From an uncultured Desulfobacter sp. (GTDB lineage Bacteria > Desulfobacterota > Desulfobacteria > Desulfobacterales > Desulfobacteraceae): DNA of 64,000 nt. The stretch's first letter is position 1. Each line of letters begins with the position of its first letter. The notes beneath the pieces were generated by a model, which was not told where the DNA came from, did no database searches, and saw nothing but the letters and a program-made list of their open reading frames with translations. The stretch is taken from contig OY762069.1 of the NCBI GenBank assembly GCA_963665095.1, forward strand, positions 5,824,001-5,888,000. The letters run 5' to 3'. This document shows, in pieces, positions 28,653 to 37,380 of this stretch. Made by a program: the position numbers and the translations under genes.

Positions 28653-29459
28653 TTGATAGATAAACAACATCCTTCCATCAGCATTAACCGGCAGTGTGAA
28701 CTGCTTCAGGTTTCAAAAGGGGCGTTGTATTACAGGCCGGTAGCCATAAGCCCGTATACATTAACCCTTATGGATCTGCTTGATGAGCAGCATACCAAAA
28801 CCCCCTTTTATGGAAGCCGTAGGCTTACAGCCTGGCTGAACAATATGGGGTATCCGGTAAGCAGGAAACGAGTACAGCGCCTGATGAAGCTGATGAGAAT
28901 AGAAGCGATTTACCCAGGACCTAAAACAACAAGGAGGGATGAAAGCCATAAAGTTTACCCCTATTTGCTGAAAAATGCCGTAATTGACAGGCCAGATCAG
29001 GTATGGAGTACAGATATCACATACATTAGAATTGGAAACGGATTTATGTACTTATTGGCGGTTATGGATTGGTTTAGCAGATATGTCCTTTCATGGCGCC
29101 TCAGTAACACCCTTGAGAATACATTTTGTATTGAGGCCCTTGAGGAGGCATTGATTGTATCGACACCTGAGATTTTCAACACTGACCAGGGTAGTCAGTT
29201 CACTTCATTAAAATTTTTGAAGATACTCCAGGCTAAAAACATCAAAATCAGCATGGATTCAAAGGGCAGAGCCTTGGACAACGTTTTTGTGGAACGGCTG
29301 TGGAGAACGATTAAATACGAAGAAGTCTATTTGAAGGACTACAGAACGGTAAGAGAGGCTCAGCAATCGTTAAAAGCGTTTATCGGGTTTTATAATCGGG
29401 AGAGACTTCATTCAGCCCTGGGGTATAAGGTGCCGTTTTCGGTCTATCGAGCGGCTTAA
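28653..29459 (+). CDS. IS3 OrfB DDE transposase (probably via -1 frameshift)
   Basis: WSTDITYI, FNTDQGSQF, DNVFVERLWRTIKYE. Confidence 0.93.
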   Translation: MIDKQHPSISINRQCELLQVSKGALYYRPVAISPYTLTLMDLLDEQHTKTPFYGSRRLTAWLNNMGYPVSRKRVQRLMKLMRIEAIYPGPKTTRRDESHKVYPYLLKNAVIDRPDQVWSTDITYIRIGNGFMYLLAVMDWFSRYVLSWRLSNTLENTFCIEALEEALIVSTPEIFNTDQGSQFTSLKFLKILQAKNIKISMDSKGRALDNVFVERLWRTIKYEEVYLKDYRTVREAQQSLKAFIGFYNRERLHSALGYKVPFSVYRAA

Positions 29460-29860
29460 AGGAAAGGCCTGATGCCTCCGGCGGCCCTACGGGGTATTGA
29501 TTTCGCGCTAAGGCGCGAGGATTTAACGCATTAAGGACAAAAACATGGGGGAAGGACAGCATACATTAAACGTATACTGCCCCCATGTCTTCGTCGCCAG
29601 CCACGGCGCTCAGGTTGCTTCCCAGCATTGCCCTATCCTCCGGGTTGGCGGCGGGAGGATAACATAGCGGTATTAAATATCAAGAAAAATATGCCGGAAA
29701 AGAGGGTCTTTAACAGGCTGATTCGAAATTAGAAACAGAGAAAATGTAGCTTAAAAAACGTTAAAATCGGTCTTGACATGGGGTCCACTTCAGTGAACAA
29801 TTCAACGCCATTCATGCCAACTTAACCTTGACCTGTGTGGTCATTAGAGAAAAATGAGTT

Positions 29861-32233
29861 ATGACTGAACAGGATGCATTGCTAAAAAAAATCGCAGACC
29901 TTGAAGCGGAGCTGGCCAGAGAAAAAAAAGTGGTGCTTGCACTAAAAGACCGGGTGAAAAAAAGTGTCAAATCCGCGGGCAACGCCTATGCACTGTTTGA
30001 GAGCAATATCCTGCTTCAGGATGCGGTTGCCAAAAAGACCAGGGAGCTTGAAAAAGCCATGGCTGAAGCGACCGCATCCACACAAGCCAAAAGTGAATTT
30101 CTGGCCAATATGAGCCATGAGATCCGCACGCCCATGAATGCCATCATCGGGATGACCTATCTTTTAAAACAAACTGACCCCACAGACAGGCAGCTGGACT
30201 ATATTTCCAAAATTGAATCATCCGCCGGATCTTTATTGGGGATTATCAACGATATTTTAGATATTTCAAAAATTGAAGCCGGCAGGCTGGATCTTGAAGC
30301 AATTGATTTCAATCTTCACAAAATCATCGAAGACGTTACCCTGCTTGTCGAAGAATCTGCGTTGGAAAAAGGGCTGAATTTTGTCGTCTCCTACGGCAAT
30401 CTTACCCATATGAATTTCCATGGTGATCCTTTACGCCTGGCCCAAGTGCTGACGAATCTGGCAAACAATGCCGTAAAATTCACGGAGCAAGGCCAGGTTG
30501 GTATATACATTGAACACCTGGCCATGGACAGGTATCGCTTTGAAGTAAGGGATACCGGTATCGGTTTGACCCGGGAACAACAGGACAGATTGTTTCGGTC
30601 TTTCAGCCAGGCCGATGCAAGTATCACCCGTAAATATGGCGGCACCGGTTTGGGGCTGTCCATCTGCAAACACCTGGTGGCGTTGATGGACGGAAGTATC
30701 TGGGTGGAAAGCGAGCACGGTAAGGGCAGCCAATTTATTTTTGAAATCAACCTTAAGACGCGTAACAACGAGGAACGGCAAGTCAGGCAGTTTGAGAACA
30801 AACAGGTGCTCATTGTAGATGACACCCATTCGTGGCAGCAGATATTAAAGACCATGCTTGCACGGTTTTCCATCAAGGCGGATCTGGCCGACAGCGGCGA
30901 ACAGGCGCTATCCATGATTGTTGACCGGAAAAAAGTTTATGATATGATCCTGTTGGATTGGCATATGCCGCCCGGCATAGATGGTCTCCGGACAGCCGGA
31001 ATGATACAAAAACACTGCAAATCCATGTCGCCGATCATTATGATGACCGCAAGCTGTCAAAAAGAATTGCTGCAACAGACAGCCACGGGAGATGAGTATA
31101 ATGCAATTCTGCTTAAACCTGTTGATCCTTCGGTGCTTTATAATTTGATTATTGCCTTTTTCGACACCGGGGTTGTCAAAAAAAAGCCCTCCGGGACAAA
31201 AACCAGTTCTTTGCAAAAAAAACTTAGCACACGCAGGGGCAGTACGCTTATGCTTGTTGAGGATAATGCCCTTAACCGGGAAATTGTCCGAGGCATGCTG
31301 GATAAAAGCGGTATTGTCATTGAAGAGGCGCTGAACGGCAAACAAGCCGTGCAGATGTATACAGCGGATCCGGACCGGTACGAAATGATACTCATGGATT
31401 TACAAATGCCGGTCATGGACGGATACACGGCAACCCGGGAAATTCGTAAGGTTGATCAAACGGTTCCCATTGTTGCCGTAAGTGCCAATGCCATGGCCGG
31501 AGACAAAGAAAAATCGAGTCAATGCGGAATGAATGATCATATTAACAAGCCCATTGAGGCTGAAGCACTTTTTGCGACAATCCTTGGCTTTATTCCCAAG
31601 AAGTGTGACGACATACAGTCCCCAAAAAACGAAGGCGCCGGATCAGACAAGCTATCCCCGGAAGGATTTCACTTTATTGATACCCGTGCCGGACTCAAAC
31701 AGATGTCCGGTAATGTGAAACTGTACACAAAAATTCTTTGGGATTTTTCCGAAAATTACGACCGCTTGGCTGATAAACTTGATTCTCTTATACGCCATGA
31801 CAGAAAAAAAGCAGCACGGTTAGTCCACACGATAAAAGGGTTAAGCGCCAATATTGGTGCCAAAGCCCTGTATAAGGAAGTTGTTCGTTTGGAAGAACGC
31901 CTCTCCGGGACTGCCGAAACTTCGCCGGCGCCGTTCACAAAAGCGTTGCAATGCGTGGTTGATGAAATAAAGGCAAACAAATTATACAGGGACGACTTCC
32001 TGCCAGAACAACAAAATAAGCCGCCCATTTCCCAGGAACAACAGGATAAATTAATGGCACAACTTAGCCTGGCAGTAAAACAACGAAGGCCACGGCGCAT
32101 TGAAACGGCAATGGCGGAGATATGCGCCTATGCCCTGGATGAAAAAACCACGCAACTGCTGGACGGTGCAGCACGGTTAATACGAAAATATAAGTACAAA
32201 GAGGCGTATGATCTATTAAAATCAGATAGATAG
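29861..32233 (+). CDS. Cytoplasmic hybrid histidine kinase (NahK-like context; HisKA, HATPase, 2 REC, Hpt)
   Basis: N-terminal coiled coil, [17 protein letters not shown], two receivers, [10 protein letters not shown]. Confidence 0.93.
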   Translation: MTEQDALLKKIADLEAELAREKKVVLALKDRVKKSVKSAGNAYALFESNILLQDAVAKKTRELEKAMAEATASTQAKSEFLANMSHEIRTPMNAIIGMTYLLKQTDPTDRQLDYISKIESSAGSLLGIINDILDISKIEAGRLDLEAIDFNLHKIIEDVTLLVEESALEKGLNFVVSYGNLTHMNFHGDPLRLAQVLTNLANNAVKFTEQGQVGIYIEHLAMDRYRFEVRDTGIGLTREQQDRLFRSFSQADASITRKYGGTGLGLSICKHLVALMDGSIWVESEHGKGSQFIFEINLKTRNNEERQVRQFENKQVLIVDDTHSWQQILKTMLARFSIKADLADSGEQALSMIVDRKKVYDMILLDWHMPPGIDGLRTAGMIQKHCKSMSPIIMMTASCQKELLQQTATGDEYNAILLKPVDPSVLYNLIIAFFDTGVVKKKPSGTKTSSLQKKLSTRRGSTLMLVEDNALNREIVRGMLDKSGIVIEEALNGKQAVQMYTADPDRYEMILMDLQMPVMDGYTATREIRKVDQTVPIVAVSANAMAGDKEKSSQCGMNDHINKPIEAEALFATILGFIPKKCDDIQSPKNEGAGSDKLSPEGFHFIDTRAGLKQMSGNVKLYTKILWDFSENYDRLADKLDSLIRHDRKKAARLVHTIKGLSANIGAKALYKEVVRLEERLSGTAETSPAPFTKALQCVVDEIKANKLYRDDFLPEQQNKPPISQEQQDKLMAQLSLAVKQRRPRRIETAMAEICAYALDEKTTQLLDGAARLIRKYKYKEAYDLLKSDR

Positions 32234-32261
32234 GGGAAAAATATCATCCATTAAAAAAATA

Positions 32262-32400
32262 TAGAGATGGCGTATGAGATAGCGGGCCTTAGTTTTTTAG
32301 ATCGGCTTCATACTCGATCGTTTGTCCGGTGACCAGCCGGTCGCACTCAATTATCAATTATTCACTAACCGGCACTGCTGCTAACGGGACTGACTATAGT
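32262..32400 (-). ncRNA. Structured non-coding segment, possible orphan IS110-type non-coding end
   Basis: Starts CTATAGT; stems GCCGGTT/GACCGGC and GTATGA/TCATAC enclose internal loops; no ORF. Confidence 0.3.
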
Positions 32401-32491
32401 ACCCTGAACAGAACGCTCACCATAGCAAAAGGAGAAACTTTTGCACCATCAATATAGATGTGAACGATGACGATTATCCTGAAACTGAATC

Positions 32492-32971
32492 ATGGAAGTA
32501 CTGCCAAAGAGATTTCGCAGCTATGATCTGTCACTTCACCCGACAAAAACAGTGATCCTGCCATTTGGTAAACCGTGTGTTTTCCTACGTAAAGATAAAA
32601 GAAATGGAACGTTTGACTGTCTTGGATTCACATTCTATTGGGCCAGATCTCTAAAAGGGTACTGGATCATAAAGAAGAAAGCGTCAGGAAAGCGGGTGAA
32701 CCGGTTTATGAAAATGTTGTGGCAGTGGGCTCGTGCCCATCGACATGACCCGACATGGGACCAGTATTTGACTTTAAGCAGCAAGCTTCGCGGGTTTTAT
32801 CAGTACTATGGTGTAAGAACCAACTACAAAGCACTGGAAGCAGTGTTTGAATATGCGCAGAAAGCCTGGCGTTACTGGCTGAGCAAAAGAAGCCAGAGAA
32901 GTAATGTGCGGATGGCGGACTTAATTGGTAAGTATCCCCTGCCAAAACCAAGGATCGTACACAATATATAA
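32492..32971 (+). pseudogene. Group II intron RT/maturase C-terminal fragment
   Basis: LSLHPTKT...FDCLGFTFYW...KLRGFYQYYGV...WLSKRSQR...PLPKPRI; no YADD, no intron DV/DVI downstream. Confidence 0.85.
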
Positions 32972-33085
32972 TGTCTTTCGTATCATGCACTTCAACATGG
33001 TCTGCATCGGGCACGATTAGCAATTCTTTGGCATCGGAAGCCATCTTGTAAACGTCCTCTGAGTAGTCGCGTGAATGAGCGTGAA
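32968..33085 (-). pseudogene. Alpha/beta hydrolase C-terminal fragment
   Basis: AHSRDYSEDVYKMASDAKELLIVPDADHVEVHD. Confidence 0.5.
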
Positions 33086-33315
33086 GGTAAGTGTTCACGA
33101 GGGACCGATTTTTAAGGGTTTCCCATGGATGCTTCCGGTTTGGTTCCGGATGTGATATTACCACGATAGAGATTGAAGCAACGCTCTGGATACCCAGTTC
33201 AGTTCCTTATGAAGGGGATGCTGGTGATTGGCGGATACCTGGTCCCTTCGCTCAGAGAACAAGGCCGGGATGATCTGGCCGATAATACCATTGACAGACG
33301 GCAAAAAAAGGAACT

Positions 33316-34881
33316 ATGAAAAAAATAGGCTTATTCTTGGTAGCGGGAAACGTGCTGGGGGGATGTTCCACTTTTTTATATTTTAAATTCTTTCTGCCAT
33401 CAATCCAAAACAATCCAGCCATCCCAGGATATTATGATACAACGTTTTTTCTGGCTAGTATGGCCGTGTTGATCCTACTGGGGTTTTGCATTTTTAAGAG
33501 CAAATCGGGCAAAACCCTGTATGCGGTTGCACAAGGTCGGCGGGACATTTCTGAGTTTGATCCATCAGTAGTTCACCATCTTCAGCGAGAGGCTCTTCAA
33601 TATCCATTTGTCATTACGGTGATCTCTTTTCTGGGATGGAATCTGGCCGGTTTTACTTTCGGGTTTCTGCAACCCGTGATCACAGCAAAGATATTTAATC
33701 TGACCACACCGGGTCTGGTGATCTGCCTGAGGGAATTCTTAGGAATTATTCTTCTTGGCGGAGGGGTGACCTGCCTGGTCCTTTTTTTTGTTCTGGAGGA
33801 TGCCTGGCGTCCTTATATCCCCAAATTTTTTCCCCAGGGCAATTTAAACCAGGTCAAGCATGGGTTTAAAATCAGCGTTAGAAAAAGGTTTCTATTGGTT
33901 GCCCTGGGAATTATATTGATTCCACTTCCCATTATTGCCACCACCATTGTTATAAAAATTCAACAGCTTCACCTGGCCGATACGGCTGCCCGGAACGAGT
34001 TGATTTCTTCCCTTTATTGGGAGTTGTTTTTTATCTCCATAGATTCACTGACCATCGCATCGGTTTTGGCCTATCTCTTGGCAAAAAGTGTCTTAACTCC
34101 CCTGCTTCAGATAAAAAAGGCCATTAAAGTCGTTGAGCAGAATAACCTGGATTCCCAGATTAAAATCATGTCTAATGATGAGCTGGGGGATGTGGCCCAG
34201 GGGATAAATGATATGATTCTAAGCCTAAATGAAAGCCAGCGGGAAAGGAACTCCTTTAGCCGATACATGGGGGAGGAAATCCGTGATGAAATCATGTCCG
34301 GAAGAATCTCCATGGAGGGCGAGATGAAGAGGGTGACACTGCTTTTTTCCGATCTGAGGAATTTTACGGGGCTTGTGGAAAAAAATCATCCCCGACAGGT
34401 GGTAAAAATTTTAAATCAGTATTTTAATGAAATGACTCTGGCCGTTAAAGCACACAAGGGACTTATCCTTCAATATGTAGGAGATGAGATCGAGGCTGTT
34501 TTCGGGGCACCCGTGGGTTTTGAAGATCATCCGGAAATGGCGGTACAAGCGGCCCTGGAAATGAGAGAACGGCTGGCAAAATTAAACATGACTCTTGAAA
34601 AACAAGGGGTTGCTCCCCTGGAACACGGGATAGGTATCCATTCAGGAGCGGTGCTTGCCGGCAATATCGGTAGCCAGGAGAGAATGTCCTATGGCCTAGT
34701 CGGAGATACGGTGAATACCGCATCCCGCATTGAAGGACTGGCCAAAACATATGAGACGGACATCCTCCTGAGCCAAACCACTCAGAACTTGTTAACCAAC
34801 TCCTATGTCACCAAACAGTTGGATCCGGTCAAAGTAAAGGGAAAGGATGAAGGATTGATCATTTATAAGCTATTGTCCTGA
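33316..34881 (+). CDS. Membrane adenylate/guanylate cyclase with HAMP domain
   Basis: Multiple TMs, SNDELG HAMP, LLFSDLRNFT, YVGDEI, GDTVNTASRIE. Confidence 0.92.
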   Translation: MKKIGLFLVAGNVLGGCSTFLYFKFFLPSIQNNPAIPGYYDTTFFLASMAVLILLGFCIFKSKSGKTLYAVAQGRRDISEFDPSVVHHLQREALQYPFVITVISFLGWNLAGFTFGFLQPVITAKIFNLTTPGLVICLREFLGIILLGGGVTCLVLFFVLEDAWRPYIPKFFPQGNLNQVKHGFKISVRKRFLLVALGIILIPLPIIATTIVIKIQQLHLADTAARNELISSLYWELFFISIDSLTIASVLAYLLAKSVLTPLLQIKKAIKVVEQNNLDSQIKIMSNDELGDVAQGINDMILSLNESQRERNSFSRYMGEEIRDEIMSGRISMEGEMKRVTLLFSDLRNFTGLVEKNHPRQVVKILNQYFNEMTLAVKAHKGLILQYVGDEIEAVFGAPVGFEDHPEMAVQAALEMRERLAKLNMTLEKQGVAPLEHGIGIHSGAVLAGNIGSQERMSYGLVGDTVNTASRIEGLAKTYETDILLSQTTQNLLTNSYVTKQLDPVKVKGKDEGLIIYKLLS

Positions 34882-35057
34882 TTTCATATTTTTTGTCCTG
34901 CCTTCATCTATCTATTTCACCATTGATATATAATAATCAGCACATTCATTTCCAGGTAAGAAACCTTTGATCCAATATGTAACTTGGAGGGCAGGATGAC
35001 AACAGAGAGCATTGAGCAATCAGCATTTTCCGAAAAACTTGAGAATTTGAAGCCGGT
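34877..35057. repeat. 181-bp duplicate of the AraC/GRE divergent promoter and first GRE codons (37262-37442)
   Basis: Colinear near-identical sequence ending ...GAGAATTTGAAGCCGGT. Confidence 0.95.
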
Positions 35058-35122
35058 GCAGCCCTGTGGCTGAAATCGGGAGGAGAGATCGCATCGTGTC
35101 TTCCCAAGACAAAGGCCGCCAT

Positions 35123-36201
35123 ATGAATATCCTGTTGCTCTACCCCAAGTTTCCCCCAAGTTCTGGTCCTTTGAAAAGACCATCGCCCTGAGGGGGAAAA
35201 AAGCCTTCATGCCCCCCTTGGGTCTGATCACCATTGCCGCCATGCTGCCCAAGGACTGGGCGGTCACCCAGGTGGACCGGAATATCAGGGAAGTCTCAAC
35301 GGAGGAGTGGGCCCGGGCCGATCTGGTCATGATCTCGGGGATGATTGCCCAGAGAGCGGATTTCACGGCACAGATCAAGGCAGCCAAGGCGTTTGGAAAG
35401 CCGGTGTTCGTCGGCGGTCCCTATGTCTCCTCTTCCCCGGAACGCTTTGAGGCGGCCGGTGCCGACTTCATTGTCAGGGACGAAGGAGAACTCACGATCC
35501 CCCTCCTGGTCCGGGCCCTCAGGCAGGGGCAAACCTCGGGACACTTCAGCGCGGACGGCGAAAAGCCGGACATGTCTCTGGCCCCGCTGCCCCGCTACGA
35601 CCTTCTGGACATGGATACCTATTCGGTCATGCCGGTCCAGTTCTCCAGAGGCTGCCCCTTCAATTGCGAGTTGTGAGATATTATCGTGCTCTACGGCCGG
35701 AAGGTCAGGACCAAATCCAACGCCCAGGTCCTGCCCGGCACCGCCCTTGAGAAACGCCTCCTGGCGGAAGGACGGATGTCGGACCGGTCCGGGGACATCA
35801 GTTATACCACCCTGACCAACTTTACGCCCTCCCGCCTGGTGGATGAAATCGCCAGGGAATTCATGGACGGTTTCTGGATGCTATACGACCCTGCCGCCTA
35901 CATCGACAGGGTATACCGCTGCTACAAAATTTTAGGAAAGGTGAAGTTCCCGCCGAAAAACCGTGAGCACCATAAAATCAAAGCCCAGGATATCAAAGCC
36001 ATGTTCATCCTCCTGTGGCACCTGGGCATCCGGTCCCCCTGCAGGAAGAAATTCTGGACGCGCCTTTTCGGCGTCCTTAAGGAAAATCCGGACGGGCTGG
36101 TCAGTTTTTTAAGTGTCCTGGCCCAGCTGGAACACTTCACGGCGTACCGACAGACCGTCAGGGATCAGATTCAGGCCCAGCTTTCCGGAATGACATCCTG
36201 A
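35123..36201 (+). pseudogene. B12-binding radical SAM protein (DUF4070-type), inactivated
   Basis: MNILLLYPKF then frameshift; MPPLGLITIAAMLP; SRGCPFNCEL* (third Cys lost); core deleted to VLPGTAL. Confidence 0.85.
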
Positions 36202-36228
36202 CCGTTCCCCCCGGGCCTTTGCCGCTGC

Positions 36229-37272
36229 CTAATACTCTTTTCGACTGGCTTTTTCCCGGTAGTCTCTTGTCGTCATCCCTGTCCACTTTCTAAAAGCCGC
36301 TCTGAAGTTCGTGACTTCTGAAAAACCAATTCGATCTGCTATCTGTTCAATTGTAAGGGCGGTGTTTTCAATGTAGTGTTTTGCATATTCAGCCCGTGTC
36401 TCGTCAAGAACCTTCTGGAAGCTCGTATCCTGCTCCTTTAATTTCCGCCGCAGGGTCCTGCCGCTAACGCCGATTTGTCTGGCAACGTCCTCCAGTCTCC
36501 TATCCCTGAACGAAGAAGAAGTCACGATTGTCCGAATAGATTCAATGAGTTCATCCCTTCTTCCCCATTTATCCGCCAATTCCTCGCACCGCTGCATGCA
36601 AACCTCGGCCATCTGATCATGGCTCATTGATATGCGGATATTAAGCAGTTCTATGGGGAAAGAAACAGAATCAATGGTGCGGTCATAATATACCGGACAT
36701 TCGAACATTTCCCGGTACAGACGGCTGTATCCGGGTTTAGGATAGGAGAGATGGATTTCTGTCAAAGGAAGTTTGCCGCCGACAAGAAAACAGGTTGAAC
36801 TGTACCAGGTGGACAGCATTTCCTCTACAGCATATTTCCAAAGGAGCGGTTCTTTATACGGGTATGGCGGCAGGATTTCCCAGATTTGAATATCGCCCTC
36901 AGATTTTCGGATAATGTCTACCAGGCTTCCTGACACCTTCCAATACTGGACCGCAACATCCGCAGCTTCCTTGAGGGTATGGCTGCACATGATGGCATAC
37001 CCCCAAAAACCCAGTCCCGTTAAATTCTGTTCCCTGCCGATTCTGAGTCCAAGGGCCTCATCGGAGCTGAGAGTCAACCCGTTCTTTACGATTTTCAAGT
37101 AATCGGCAGGGGTGATAACGGCATCGGGGTTATGCAGCCATTTTTTGTCCAGGCGGACGCCGAGCAGTATTTTTTCTAGCGGAATTCCCCTCCTCGCCAG
37201 AGTTTTCACCAGCCACTGTGCCGCAGCGGCCGGGACAAATTTTTCCGATGCATGATTTTGGCCTGATTTCAT
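36229..37272 (-). CDS. AraC family regulator with long N-terminal effector domain
   Basis: LGFWGYAIMCSHTLKEA; GVSGRTLRRKL; IADRIGFSEVTNFRAAFRKWTG. Confidence 0.92.
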   Translation of the reverse strand: MKSGQNHASEKFVPAAAAQWLVKTLARRGIPLEKILLGVRLDKKWLHNPDAVITPADYLKIVKNGLTLSSDEALGLRIGREQNLTGLGFWGYAIMCSHTLKEAADVAVQYWKVSGSLVDIIRKSEGDIQIWEILPPYPYKEPLLWKYAVEEMLSTWYSSTCFLVGGKLPLTEIHLSYPKPGYSRLYREMFECPVYYDRTIDSVSFPIELLNIRISMSHDQMAEVCMQRCEELADKWGRRDELIESIRTIVTSSSFRDRRLEDVARQIGVSGRTLRRKLKEQDTSFQKVLDETRAEYAKHYIENTALTIEQIADRIGFSEVTNFRAAFRKWTGMTTRDYREKASRKEY

Positions 37273-37380
37273 ATCTTTTGTCCGGTCTTCATCTATCTAT
37301 TTCCCCATTGATATATAATAATCAGCACATTCATTTCCAGGTAAAAAACCTTTGATCCAATATTTAACTTGGAGGGCATA

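Larger units (their letters stand above)
28269..29792 (+). mobile_element. IS3 family insertion sequence with 3-bp target duplication GTG
   Basis: Imperfect terminal IRs TATAATGGACCCC / GGGGTCCACTTCA; GTG on both flanks. Confidence 0.93.
27194..29857 (+). pseudogene. Second NosP-like FIST gene interrupted by IS3
   Basis: Removing 28269-29792 and one GTG copy restores GFSSYGEQFNAIHANLTLTCVVIREK*. Confidence 0.92.

Noticed and set aside
32492..33270. Intact group II intron or retron
   Set aside because: Only the RT C-terminus is present; no YADD and no domain V/VI. The minus-strand GAGCGAAGGGAC near 33245 hints at intron RNA but is too short to call
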